From: Candidatus Bathyarchaeia archaeon
GTDB lineage: Bacteria > Patescibacteriota > Microgenomatia > PFEM01 > JAFGMK01
NCBI GenBank assembly: GCA_035529595.1
Contig: DATKWK010000039.1
Location: 14,751 to 78,750, forward strand
Reading direction: 5' to 3'
DNA length: 64,000 nucleotides
A program made the translations under genes and the position numbers. How positions within the stretch are numbered: the first letter of the stretch is position 1; each line of letters begins with the position of its first letter. Positions 1-9,494 of the stretch are shown here, piece after piece. The notes beneath the pieces are model-generated. The model worked only from the letters and a program-made list of their open reading frames with translations. It ran no database searches and had not been told where the DNA came from.

Positions 1-510
1 AAATACCAATTGGATACCGTCCCTTCTGAATTAAACGGTAAAACTATTGGTATTATTGGTCTTGGTGCTGTTGGTCAACAGGTAGCCAAACGAGCATTGG
101 GCTTCAGTATGAATGTTATCTATTACTCACGAACAAGAAACTCTGAATGGGAAAATAAAGGACTAACTTATAAAGACTTGAATACACTACTTTCAGAAGC
201 GGATGTTATTTCACTGAATGTTCCTCGCAACCTTAATATAATCGGTCAAAATGAATTTTCTTTAATCAAACCTAAAGCAGTTTTAGTAAATACTGCTATT
301 GGTAACGTATTTGACTTACCCAGTCTAATTAAATGGATTAGTAAGGGTAATAATTTCTTCATCGTTGACAATCAAGAGTATTTTGACCAAATTAAAGATT
401 TACCAAACGTCATTGCGCTTCCAGTAACAGCAGGTAAGACCCGAGATACCGTAAACAGACTTAGTAAAAAAGTAATTGAAAATCTTAAGTCGTTTTTAGA
501 CACTAATTAA
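1..510 (+). CDS. D-isomer-specific 2-hydroxyacid dehydrogenase family protein, C-terminal NAD-binding part (5'-truncated by window edge)
   Basis: Rossmann GxGxxG motif 'GIIGLGAVGQQVA' followed by a typical D-2-hydroxyacid dehydrogenase layout; the ORF is open to position 1. Confidence 0.6.
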   Translation, partial: KYQLDTVPSELNGKTIGIIGLGAVGQQVAKRALGFSMNVIYYSRTRNSEWENKGLTYKDLNTLLSEADVISLNVPRNLNIIGQNEFSLIKPKAVLVNTAIGNVFDLPSLIKWISKGNNFFIVDNQEYFDQIKDLPNVIALPVTAGKTRDTVNRLSKKVIENLKSFLDTN

Positions 511-644
511 ATCTATAAACTGGTTGAAATTTGAGGTTTTCAAAGACTATCTTGATGTCTTGTAAAGTAAAATCAAACTCCAACTTATGGTTGCAGAATA
601 AGTCCTTTAGGGGAGCTTTAGCCTCAAAATGATATACTTTAATT

Positions 645-1049
645 ATGAAACTACCTATATCTATTAAGGGAATTGTTTTTGAAAACGGTCGGGTGTGGTT
701 AAGAAAAAATGAAAGAGACGACTGGGAGTTGCCTGGTGGAAAGTTGGATGAAGGTGAACAACCAGAACAGACGGTTATTAGAGAAGTTAAAGAAGAATTG
801 GGATTTATAGCTAGAGTAGTAGGTATCATACAAGCAAATGTTTACGTTATTAAGACTTCTGTTGACGAATCTTGGAATGTCTTAGTTATCTCCTATCTTT
901 GTGAAATATTAGAAAAGATAGACGGTTTCGAACTTGAAGGAGAAGCGGGAAAGGCAGAGTTCAGGAAATTTACATTAAAAGAGGTTAAAAAATTAAATAT
1001 GCCAGACTTTTACAAGGAAGCGATACTTAAAGCTTCATTGCAAAAATAG
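645..1049 (+). CDS. NUDIX hydrolase
   Basis: Nudix box 'GGKLDEGEQPEQTVIREVKEELGF' (GX5EX7REUXEEXGU). Confidence 0.75.
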   Translation: MKLPISIKGIVFENGRVWLRKNERDDWELPGGKLDEGEQPEQTVIREVKEELGFIARVVGIIQANVYVIKTSVDESWNVLVISYLCEILEKIDGFELEGEAGKAEFRKFTLKEVKKLNMPDFYKEAILKASLQK

Positions 1050-1126
1050 AAGTCCTTGCATAGTCCACTGGAGCGAGCTAGCCTCAGAAAATCACCAAAA
1101 AGACGGTTTTTTGGTAGAATTAAAAA

Positions 1127-1534
1127 ATGGAAGAGAAATTGGTCAAAGTTTTTATTGTTGCTGGAGTGGTGATTGAAAAAGACGGCAAATTTCTGTTGGT
1201 TCAAGAAAAGCAACCCAAATGTTATGGGCAATGGAACCTCCCTGCAGGTAGGGTAGAAGAAGGTTTATCAATTGAAGAAACAGCAATCAAGGAAGCTAAG
1301 GAAGAAACAGGATTTGATGTTGAGTTATTAGAAAAACTCGGAATTTTTCAGGACAGCACGGAAACACCTGTTAAGCATTCTTTCACGGCTAAGATTGTAA
1401 GCGGAGAACCCCGCTTTTCAAAAGATGAATTACTTGATGTTCGTTGGTTTACCCTCGAAGAGATTGAAGCAATGAAAGATAAACTAAGAGGAGAAAACTG
1501 GGTATTGGGGTCTATTAAAAAGTCTAAGAAGTAG
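1127..1534 (+). CDS. NUDIX hydrolase (second tandem paralog)
   Basis: Nudix box 'PAGRVEEGLSIEETAIKEAKEETGFDV'. Confidence 0.75.
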   Translation: MEEKLVKVFIVAGVVIEKDGKFLLVQEKQPKCYGQWNLPAGRVEEGLSIEETAIKEAKEETGFDVELLEKLGIFQDSTETPVKHSFTAKIVSGEPRFSKDELLDVRWFTLEEIEAMKDKLRGENWVLGSIKKSKK

Positions 1535-1607
1535 AAGAGGTTCTAATATCGTCTACTAGGGGGAGCATAGTGTACGAACTTAGAAGCGATTTTGATATAC
1601 TTCAGGG

Positions 1608-2390
1608 GTGATAACTGACAATCCCAGAAAGTACGGCAATCTTCCATATTCTGTAGTTTTGGTTCACGGTGGGCCAGGCGCACCAGGAGAAATGGCCCCA
1701 GTAGCCAGACAACTTTCAAAAAACTTTGGGATATTGGAACCATTACAAACAAAAAATACCATCAGTAGCCAAGCAGAAGAGCTTAAGGAAACGATTAAAG
1801 AAAATGCCGAAACTCCTGTCATTTTGGTCGGTTGGTCTTGGGGAGCTTGGTTGAGTTTTATTTTAACAGCAGAAAATCCTGCTTTGGTCAAAAAGTTAAT
1901 CTTAGTAAGTAGTGGCCCGTTTGAGGCAAAATATGCCAAAAGTATTATGCCAACACGACTCTCTCGTCTCTCGGATAAGGAACAAAAGAGAGTCGGAGAA
2001 TTATTAGAAATTTTACAGAGGGGCGGAGGAGATAATGATCAGGTTTTGCAGGAGTTTGGAGGGTATGTTTCGAAAGCAGACTCATATGATCCAATACCGA
2101 ACAGCGGGGAAGTGATAGGACTGCAAGCAGATATATATACCAGTGTTTGGAAAGAAGCAGAGGAGCTTAGGAAAAGCGGAAAGCTTTTGGACTATGGAAG
2201 ATTAATTACTTGCCCGGTTGTTGTCATCCACGGCGATTACGATCCCCATCCCTATGAGGGTGTTAGAGAGCCATTGTCTAGAGAATTGAAAGATTGTAAA
2301 TTTATCCTTTTAAAAAAGTGTGGCTACTACCCTTGGTTGGAAAAGGAAGCGAAGGATGATTTTTACATAGCTTTAGAGAAAGAGTTGTAG
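1608..2390 (+). CDS. alpha/beta-fold hydrolase
   Basis: 'VVLVHGGPGAPGEM' oxyanion region and nucleophile elbow 'GWSWG'. The track start is GTG. Confidence 0.55.
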   Translation: MITDNPRKYGNLPYSVVLVHGGPGAPGEMAPVARQLSKNFGILEPLQTKNTISSQAEELKETIKENAETPVILVGWSWGAWLSFILTAENPALVKKLILVSSGPFEAKYAKSIMPTRLSRLSDKEQKRVGELLEILQRGGGDNDQVLQEFGGYVSKADSYDPIPNSGEVIGLQADIYTSVWKEAEELRKSGKLLDYGRLITCPVVVIHGDYDPHPYEGVREPLSRELKDCKFILLKKCGYYPWLEKEAKDDFYIALEKEL

Positions 2391-2511
2391 GAAATCTCAG
2401 AACTGAATTCAGTAATAAAATAGTCCGGAAGCCTGTACGCCATAGGAAGCTGATAGGATAGATTTGAAATTGAGTATAATAGTTTAAAAACTTAGGTTTA
2501 TTCTAAATGTT

Positions 2512-3537
2512 TTGTTAAATTTAATGAGAGTGCAAAGGCCAGAATCAAAAGAAATAGATAAGAGTGCCGTTGTTTCCCATTTACAGTCTCTATATGGTTT
2601 TGCTCCTGATTTAGAAATTAAATCACTTCCCGGAGGAACTGAAAGTGCTGTTTGGGTCACCCAAGGGAGAGACCGTGGGTGGATTGTCAAAGTGTTTGGG
2701 TTAGACGTAGGACCAATAGAAAAGATAAGAGATGAAACGGAGTTATACCGCTATCTAAACGCTCACGGGATTCATGTTCCTACCGTAAAACCTACTCTTT
2801 CTAATCAAGACGTGAGCTTCATCAATTTCAAGGACTGTCGATTTCCCTTAATAGTAATGCGATTTGAAAATTTACGGATGTGTACACCGTTGACCATTAC
2901 CCGCGAGGAACTGACAAGAATTGCGAGTGAAACAGCAAGAATGCATAAGGTGTTAATGGCTTATCCTGGCAAAGAACAATTGATGCTGAAGCCGACTCCC
3001 GCAGAAGTCTGGGTAAATAAAGACGAACCCAAGTCTGCTTTTGAAGCGTTAAGGCAATCAGTCCACGCAAAGGAATTTTCTAAAGAGCGACTGGAAAAAT
3101 TCGCCAAAATTGATACAAGAATGGCAGCTTATATTAAATCCCATTCTCCCTCTTTGCCTCAGACAGAAACAATTATCCACGCCGATTTAGCCTTAGAACA
3201 TGCACAGTTATTGCCAGACGGGAGTGTTTATTTTTTCGATTTCTCTGATAGAGTTTGGGGAGCAGTTTCCCAGGAGCTGGGGACATTTCTTACAATGCTG
3301 TATCAACAGGAGGATATTTCTTTTCAAAGGTGGGAGGAGTTAAGAAAGCGGCTGTTTGAAGGTTATCAAACCATTTCGACACTTACTAGAAACGATCAAA
3401 GTGCCATTCTTCAAAAGGCGCTTATCCGGCTTTTGGGCGCTTGTAAGTATTTAGCAGTTTTAGCAAAGGATACGCCCAGCAAGCATGTAGTTAACTGGAT
3501 AAGAAGGGGTTACGAGCTGGGAGAATATATTATTTAA
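2512..3537 (+). CDS. phosphotransferase-family kinase (APH/ChoK-like protein-kinase fold)
   Basis: Brenner catalytic motif 'IIHADLALEHAQ' and DFG-like 'FFDFSD'. Confidence 0.5.
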   Translation: MLNLMRVQRPESKEIDKSAVVSHLQSLYGFAPDLEIKSLPGGTESAVWVTQGRDRGWIVKVFGLDVGPIEKIRDETELYRYLNAHGIHVPTVKPTLSNQDVSFINFKDCRFPLIVMRFENLRMCTPLTITREELTRIASETARMHKVLMAYPGKEQLMLKPTPAEVWVNKDEPKSAFEALRQSVHAKEFSKERLEKFAKIDTRMAAYIKSHSPSLPQTETIIHADLALEHAQLLPDGSVYFFDFSDRVWGAVSQELGTFLTMLYQQEDISFQRWEELRKRLFEGYQTISTLTRNDQSAILQKALIRLLGACKYLAVLAKDTPSKHVVNWIRRGYELGEYII

Positions 3538-3805
3538 AATTAAGAGAAAAAACTGCAAAAGCACGGGTTAAATTTATTAGAATAATTCTTCACACTAGAA
3601 GGTTTATAGGTGTCAGTCAAAAGATCTGCTTGAATTTTTCTTTTAAAGGAGTATGATCTGAATAAGTTATTAAATATTAAAAGAGTGAGTTATTGTAAAA
3701 CTTCTTTAAAATTTCATTTTTAAGAGTTTTAAATATACTTCCTTCTTTATATTACCTATAAATAGAATTCAAATTAGTTTTCTCTTTTAAAGGAGGTGAT
3801 TATAA

Positions 3806-4039
3806 ATGGCAGATAAAGCCAATACAGTAACAGATCAGCCAACAGATCAGCCAACAGATCAGCCAGTCGATGATTCTGGTAATAATGCAGCTGTGCCAGC
3901 AGGAACTGATCAACAGGGCCGTCAGCTTTATGACGTAAAATGCTCTGATTGCGGAAAACAAACTCAAGTTCCCTTTAAGCCAAGTGGGGACAGGCCAGTT
4001 TATTGCCGAGATTGTTATATGAAGAGGAAGAATATGTAG
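3806..4039 (+). CDS. small zinc-ribbon protein with N-terminal (TDQP)x3 repeat
   Basis: Strong RBS 'aaaggaggtgat'. Four Cys in a CxxC...CxxC pattern ('KCSDCGK...YCRDCY'). Confidence 0.5.
   Translation: MADKANTVTDQPTDQPTDQPVDDSGNNAAVPAGTDQQGRQLYDVKCSDCGKQTQVPFKPSGDRPVYCRDCYMKRKNM
3830..3865 (+). repeat. perfect 12-nt x3 tandem repeat (acagatcagcca) inside the CDS, encoding TDQP-TDQP-TDQP
   Basis: Read directly from the sequence. Confidence 0.9.
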
Positions 4040-4199
4040 ACACTTGACAGTGACTCAAGGTCTTATAGATGGGTTCTTAAACTAGTCCGAAAAAGTTTCC
4101 GTTACTGGAGATGATACCTGTTTAATTTATTTTCAGGCCTTTTGTCTATTGAGAGGAATCCTATAATTACATTGGAATCAAGAGTGTTGAATAATGTTT

Positions 4200-4526
4200 T
4201 AATAAGTCATTTTGAGGTCGAAGTTTCGACCGAAAAATCTAGCGAAGCGCTTACTGCGGTCCGATTTAATCGGACCTAGATTCATCGCTTCACTCGGAAT
4301 GGTGAGATGTTATTCAACGGTCTCATTGGATTCTGGTGGTGACAAAGTGAGTGATTTGTGCTATAATACGCGTCAACAGATTTAAACCAATAAATCTGTT
4401 TAAATCGGATTTAGTTTTCAAGAGTAAGGATAAAGATACCCAGATTTTTCGCTTCGTGTCTTTCTACCTTTTTAAACCATTTCTCATTTAGGCAGATTTA
4501 TTGGTTTAATTAAAATTATTGGTTTT
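4200..4526 (+). promoter_or_regulatory. repeat- and hairpin-rich leader upstream of the DEAD-box helicase, with an extended -10-like 'tgtgctataat' at ~4357-4367
   Basis: Palindromes 'gtcgaagtttcgac' and 'ggtccgatttaatcggacc'. A 15-nt inverted repeat 'aaaccaataaatctg' (4385-4399) pairs with 'cagatttattggttt' (4491-4505). A local hairpin is 'acagatttaaaccaataaatctgt'. Confidence 0.25.
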
Positions 4527-5705
4527 ATGATTAAAACATCACGTCAGTATTATTCTGGCTTTTCTCAAAGAGGGCCTAAGCGGTCATTGCGATTCAATAG
4601 AAGACGAAGATCGTTTGATCCGTCTCTTCTAGTGAAGAAAACAATGGAACAAGAAGTGGAAGAGTATGTTCCCAAGCATCTATTTTCCGACTTTTCTCTG
4701 TGCGATCAGCTGAAAAAAAACATTAAGTCAAGAGGCTACAAAGAACCAACACCCATTCAAGATCAGGTGATTCCCCTGTTGATTAGCAATAAGGATATTG
4801 TCGGTATAGCCAATACAGGCAGTGGGAAAACGGCGGCTTTTTTGATTCCTTTGATCAATAAGGTGAATGAAGATAAATCCGAAAAAGTACTCGTCATTGC
4901 CCCAACCCGGGAACTCGCCATCCAAATAGAGGCCGAATTTAGAACTTTTACCTGGCAGATGAATTTGTTTTCGACTGTTTGCATCGGCGGGGTGCCGATT
5001 GGCCGGCAGATCAGCGGACTTAGAAGAAACCCGAATTTCGTTATTGGAACTCCGGGGAGATTAAAAGATTTAGAGAATCGACGGATACTGCGTTTTGCCG
5101 AATTTACGACCATTGTCTTGGACGAGGTAGATCGGATGTTGGACATGGGGTTTATTCCTGATGTCAGCGATATTATTTCTCGTTTGCCTCGGCGGCGTCA
5201 GTCATTGTTTTTCTCAGCAACTCTGCCTGATAAGATACGAAATATTATGCATGTTTTTTTAAACAATCCGGTTTCTGTTTCCATTAAAGCAGGAAATTTA
5301 CCGATAAATGTCAATCAGAATATTATCAAGGTAAACGGCAGGTCAAAGATAGATTTATTACACGATTTGTTAATTCAAGAAGGATCTGATAAGGTTTTGG
5401 TGTTTGGCAGAACGAAATGGGGGATAGATAAATTGGCTAGGGATTTGCTCAAGAGGGGATTTCGAGTCGCTTCGATTCATGGGAATAAATCTCAGGGTCA
5501 GCGTCAACGGGCACTGGAACAATTTAAGTATAACGGAATTCAAGTTTTACTGGCGACGGATATTGCCTCAAGAGGTTTGGATATCGAAGACGTAACTCAC
5601 GTGATTAATTATGATTTGCCGGAATCGTACGAAGATTATGTTCACCGAGTCGGAAGGACTGGCAGAATGGATAAAAAGGGCACAGCTTTAACTTTCATTG
5701 ACTAA
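4527..5705 (+). CDS. DEAD-box ATP-dependent RNA helicase
   Basis: Motifs Q, I 'GSGKTAAF', Ia 'PTRELA', II 'DEVD', III 'SAT' and VI 'HRVGRTGR'. The N-terminal extension is Arg-rich, and an internal Met at ~4644 is an alternative start. Confidence 0.9.
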   Translation: MIKTSRQYYSGFSQRGPKRSLRFNRRRRSFDPSLLVKKTMEQEVEEYVPKHLFSDFSLCDQLKKNIKSRGYKEPTPIQDQVIPLLISNKDIVGIANTGSGKTAAFLIPLINKVNEDKSEKVLVIAPTRELAIQIEAEFRTFTWQMNLFSTVCIGGVPIGRQISGLRRNPNFVIGTPGRLKDLENRRILRFAEFTTIVLDEVDRMLDMGFIPDVSDIISRLPRRRQSLFFSATLPDKIRNIMHVFLNNPVSVSIKAGNLPINVNQNIIKVNGRSKIDLLHDLLIQEGSDKVLVFGRTKWGIDKLARDLLKRGFRVASIHGNKSQGQRQRALEQFKYNGIQVLLATDIASRGLDIEDVTHVINYDLPESYEDYVHRVGRTGRMDKKGTALTFID

Positions 5706-5776
5706 GGACTTCAATTGCCGCTTCAATCTGAGTAAAACAGAAGAATAATCGAGAAATCTGCAGGTAATTAAAGGAC

Positions 5777-6022
5777 ATGAGATTAACAACTTTTACCCGG
5801 CTTTTTTATATTTACCAATTCTTTTTCGACCTGATCTTCATTTATACAGTTGAAAAACTGTTTATGTTGAGACGGGGCCTTAATCTATCTCAGATTGGTG
5901 TTCTGCTGTTTCTTTGGTCCATCATGACGATAATTTTAGAGGTTCCGAGCGGTGCAATTGCCGACCGATGGAGCAGACGAAAAATGCTGATTTTGTCAGG
6001 CATCCAGTCATGGCAGCAGTAA
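5777..6022 (+). pseudogene. N-terminal fragment of an MFS transporter (81 codons, then stop)
   Basis: MFS motif A 'GAIADRWSRRKMLILSG' after a single TM segment. A full MFS protein would be about 400 aa. Confidence 0.4.
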
Positions 6023-6292
6023 TAATCCTGTTAGTCATAAGGAAACCTTAAAAGCTGGGGTAGTTCTCGCAGAACGAGGTATTTTACACTTACCTAATAA
6101 CTCTCTTGACCAGATATCCTAACGGCATTACAAATAAACGCAGTCACTTTGTTTGTATTTTTAGGAATCTGATATCTTGGTTAACAGAATACGAATATTT
6201 TGATAAACTTATGGATAGTGAAAGACAATCTGAGATATAAATTAATTAACGGAAGAAAATTTTATCATATAGCCGACTCTGTTTGTAAGAGA

Positions 6293-6655
6293 ATGTTGAA
6301 GATGGCAAATGAGGGATTAGTAAACTGTTATCCAAAATCTGGAAAGGGTTATTCGGTTGTAGTTTTAACTGCTGGGGGTAATATCTATCCCGGAGTTTCA
6401 TATAATTCTGATACTTATACCCTGACTATGCACTCGGAAGCAACCGCTTTAGCCCATGCCGCTATTCATGGAGAGAAGGATATTATTGCGATTACCGGCC
6501 CGAACTGTCACATTTGTAAACAATTAATTTGGGAAAATAGTCTAAAGTCAGGGATAGAAATTATCGTTATTTTGGCGGAAAACGGACTGATTAAGAAGAT
6601 TCCCATTTCGGAGATGATGCCTTATCCCTGGCCGGATAAGGAGGGTAAGCATTAA
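6293..6655 (+). CDS. cytidine/deoxycytidine deaminase family protein
   Basis: Zinc-ligand motifs 'HSE' ('TMHSEATAL') and 'PCxxC' ('GPNCHICKQ'). The track ORF starts at TTG 6200; ATG 6293 ('MLKMANEG') gives a typical ~120 aa cdd. Confidence 0.6.
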   Translation: MLKMANEGLVNCYPKSGKGYSVVVLTAGGNIYPGVSYNSDTYTLTMHSEATALAHAAIHGEKDIIAITGPNCHICKQLIWENSLKSGIEIIVILAENGLIKKIPISEMMPYPWPDKEGKH

Positions 6656-6740
6656 GAGTAAAAAAAGATTCCTGATTCTTTCAACAATGTAGATGAATTA
6701 TATTAAATATCAGTTGATAGTCTTTCTTTAATCTAAAACT

Positions 6741-7103
6741 ATGAAAAATTTCCAGACGAAATCGGTTAAGCCAATAATCAAATATAGTACTCTTGAGCAA
6801 ATAGATATCCGAGTCGGAACCATTAAGTCGGTTGAAGATATAGAAAAATCGGATAACCTTGTAAGGCTGGTTGTAGATTTTGGTGACCATAAACGAAAAA
6901 TTATTGCCGGTCTGAAGAAAGAAAGAGATAATCCGAAAGAGATTGAAGGAAAGCAAGCATTATTTGTAGTAAATCTTGAACCCAGAACAATTATGGGCGA
7001 GATTTCGGAAGGGATGTTATTTGATATCGGCTATACTGACGAGATTACTCCTGTATTGGCTGTCCCTGAAAAACCTGTTCCTAGTGGGGTAAGAGCCGGT
7101 TAG
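6741..7103 (+). CDS. tRNA-binding domain protein (CsaA/Trbp111/EMAP-II-like OB fold)
   Basis: 'IDIRVGTIKSVE...LVRLVVDFGD...IIAGL...LFVVNLEPRTIMGEISEGMLF' matches the Myf/tRNA-binding domain. Confidence 0.75.
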   Translation: MKNFQTKSVKPIIKYSTLEQIDIRVGTIKSVEDIEKSDNLVRLVVDFGDHKRKIIAGLKKERDNPKEIEGKQALFVVNLEPRTIMGEISEGMLFDIGYTDEITPVLAVPEKPVPSGVRAG

Positions 7104-7187
7104 ATGACTCAGTCGATAGGGTAAATTATTGTATTTTCTCCCGAGTTTACGTAGCTATAAGTAATGATGGATTAAGCTGTCAGATGC

Positions 7188-7607
7188 ATGAGAAAGAAAA
7201 TTAACAATAACAAAAGAATTACTCTTTCCTTGATATTGTTACTATTGATTTTTCCTTTGATTATATCTATTTATTCTTTTCTGGTAATTTATGAAAGTGT
7301 AAAAGCAAACTGTTTGAAAGCTCAAAAGGAATACCAAGTTGATTGTGTTGATGCTTTGATTAAGCTGGTCCAGTCCGAGAGTAAAACGGTCAGGGAAAAG
7401 AATTTGGCCATTTGGTCGCTGGGTCAACTGGCAGATGAAAAGGCCTTGCCTCTTCTTTATGAACTTAACCAGTCGTTACCCGAACAGGAAAGGTGTGTTT
7501 ATGGCAGTTATTTGTGTAAATACGAAATCCAAAAGGCAATCAAGTGGTGCGAAACTGGTAATGTTACTAACTGGATGTATAAAAACAGAAGTAATTGGCA
7601 TTATTGA
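7188..7607 (+). CDS. membrane-anchored hypothetical protein with a HEAT-like repeat
   Basis: N-terminal TM segment; 'AIWSLGQLADEKALPLLYEL' resembles a PBS-lyase HEAT repeat. Confidence 0.35.
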   Translation: MRKKINNNKRITLSLILLLLIFPLIISIYSFLVIYESVKANCLKAQKEYQVDCVDALIKLVQSESKTVREKNLAIWSLGQLADEKALPLLYELNQSLPEQERCVYGSYLCKYEIQKAIKWCETGNVTNWMYKNRSNWHY

Positions 7608-7659
7608 AAAAAAAGTTGGTTTCTTCTGAAAATCATTTCTTCAGACAAATTTTGAGTGT

Positions 7660-8964
7660 TTAAAGTGAACAGGTCTGGTGCCAATTTAATAACAGCCAGC
7701 CAAATTCCCAAGTATTAACCAGAAAATCAGCATTAATATCGAATGAATTTGAAGAAAGATAGTGATCAGCCCAAGCAGAAACGTCGTCTGTATTCAGGAT
7801 TTGATTGTCATTGTTAAAACAAGTTAAGGAAGGCGTGGGAACAGGGGTTGAACTTGGTATAGAGGTTGGAGTAGGGGTTGGATTTGAATTGGAGTAGAGG
7901 ATAGTTTCTAGAGTTTCGGCCAGACTCCAGAAATAAGGAGTTTGGGTATTACCTGTTTTCGGTTGGCAAAGCATAGCGATGACCAACTTTTTTCTGGGTT
8001 TAATCCAAAGTAAGGCTCTTTCGCCATCGTCGCCCATGTAACCGCTGTGATAGATAATTTGTTCTTGGCCGCTGCCGCTTAAGCTGAAACCAATTCCGCG
8101 GGGATTAGCTTTATCACCGGTGGTAGCGTCATTGTAGCTTGAAGTGTAGTCAACCAGCATTGTTCCGTAGAGGGTGTCGGAGGAAACGTATTCATGATTA
8201 ACAACGGCGGTGCCAAACCGGGCCATGTCGTAAATATCTGATTGCACGTAAGCTGCCGGCGTCCAAAAGTTATTCGTTCCCTGTAACGAGTTAGCGTCGA
8301 TCGGCTTGGCGATGTAATTTTCAATCAAGGCGCTAGTCTCTTGACCGGTTTTAGTTCTTAGGACATCGCCGATAATTCCAAAGCCACAAGAAGAGTAGCG
8401 AAAATATTCCCTGGGATTATTTAAAAAAACATTACCGCATTCGCCCTGGCCGTTAAAACAGGCTGGACAAGAACTGCATAAATGGCAAACTCCACCTAAG
8501 TGAACGAGCAGGCTTTCAAGATTAAGATCTTTATGGGAGTCAGGGAGATAATTAGCGTATTTAGCGGCATAGTTTCGGATCGGCGTTTTTATATCTATAA
8601 CTCCATCTTCTACCAGTTGCATTACAATTAGAGCAAAGACTGATTTGGAAACAGAGGCCCAACGTTGGCTGCGGCTGATTGAGCTTGAGCCATAATTTTT
8701 GCTGAAGATAATCTCTCCCTTATAGGTTAAGCCGAGGCCAAAATCTTGACAGATCTGGAGAACAGAACGTGCCTCTTGTTTGCCGACCGTCTGGACCTGA
8801 TTATTGATATTATTCACCGTTGAAGAATCGAGTTTATTGACACCGATGTCGTCAGCGACAACCTGATTGCCCGGAAAAGAAAAGAATAGAATAATGAGAA
8901 TCAATAAAATAATAGACAACTTTAAATCCGTTTTAGAACGAAAAGTAACTGGTTTCACTACCAT
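7660..8964 (-). CDS. secreted serine hydrolase of the beta-lactamase/PBP-like family, with a Cys-rich insert and a Pro/Thr linker
   Basis: N-terminal TM/signal segment. SxxK motif 'ASVSKS'. Cys cluster 'CHLCSSCPACFNGQGECGN'. Linker 'NPTPTPTSIPSSTPVPTPS'. Confidence 0.55.
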   Translation of the reverse strand: MVVKPVTFRSKTDLKLSIILLILIILFFSFPGNQVVADDIGVNKLDSSTVNNINNQVQTVGKQEARSVLQICQDFGLGLTYKGEIIFSKNYGSSSISRSQRWASVSKSVFALIVMQLVEDGVIDIKTPIRNYAAKYANYLPDSHKDLNLESLLVHLGGVCHLCSSCPACFNGQGECGNVFLNNPREYFRYSSCGFGIIGDVLRTKTGQETSALIENYIAKPIDANSLQGTNNFWTPAAYVQSDIYDMARFGTAVVNHEYVSSDTLYGTMLVDYTSSYNDATTGDKANPRGIGFSLSGSGQEQIIYHSGYMGDDGERALLWIKPRKKLVIAMLCQPKTGNTQTPYFWSLAETLETILYSNSNPTPTPTSIPSSTPVPTPSLTCFNNDNQILNTDDVSAWADHYLSSNSFDINADFLVNTWEFGWLLLNWHQTCSL

Positions 8965-9145
8965 TATTATAATGTAGATCGTAGCCTATGAATACTATAA
9001 CTCCGGGGCCGAAATCATTTCTTAAAAACCGTCAGAGCGTAGTTATAATCGCCGAGCGGATAAGTCTACCATTGTATTATAATGATGGTTAATTTAATAT
9101 TGAAATTAGAAATCTGAAAGTTATTCGGAGAAAGGAGGTGGAGAA

Positions 9146-9400
9146 ATGTATCAAGTTCAAAAGAAAGACGGTAGTCTGCAGGACTTCGATCGAGAAAAAA
9201 TTAAGAATGGCGTTTTCCAGTCCGGCGGATCGGATGAAGATGCCGAAAAAGTTGTTGCCGCAGTTGAAGGTTGGTTGCCAACAGTTGCAGCTCAGGGAGT
9301 AGTTAAATCTCCTGATCTTCGCGCTAAAGTTTTGGAGGTTTTAAGATTAATCAATTCGACAGCTGCGACCAGCTTTGAATCTTACCAAAAACCAGCTTAA
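9146..9400 (+). CDS. standalone ATP-cone domain protein
   Basis: 'YQVQKKDGSLQDFDREKIKNGV' matches the ATP-cone N-terminal consensus (V.KRDG..E.FD..KI). Strong RBS 'ggaaaggaggtggag'. Confidence 0.55.
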   Translation: MYQVQKKDGSLQDFDREKIKNGVFQSGGSDEDAEKVVAAVEGWLPTVAAQGVVKSPDLRAKVLEVLRLINSTAATSFESYQKPA

Positions 9401-9494
9401 TTTGGTTGGCATCCAAAAAATTGTCAAGCCAAAGTTTATCCTTTTTTTGGTAATTATTATTTTGACTGATGTCTTTATCTTGGATGGGGAGTTC

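Noticed and set aside
503-1231. Minus-strand ORFs 503..829 and 1010..1231 from the six-frame track
   Set aside because: They overlap the NUDIX genes on the opposite strand and lack RBS or motifs. They are shadow ORFs of AT-rich coding sequence.
3830-3865. Possible CRISPR-like short repeats (12-nt x3)
   Set aside because: They are perfectly tandem with no spacers, in frame inside a CDS encoding TDQP repeats, and no cas genes are present. This is a coding microsatellite, not a CRISPR array.
4728-5146. Minus-strand ORFs inside the DEAD-box helicase gene
   Set aside because: They are antisense to a high-confidence CDS with complete helicase motifs, so they are spurious.
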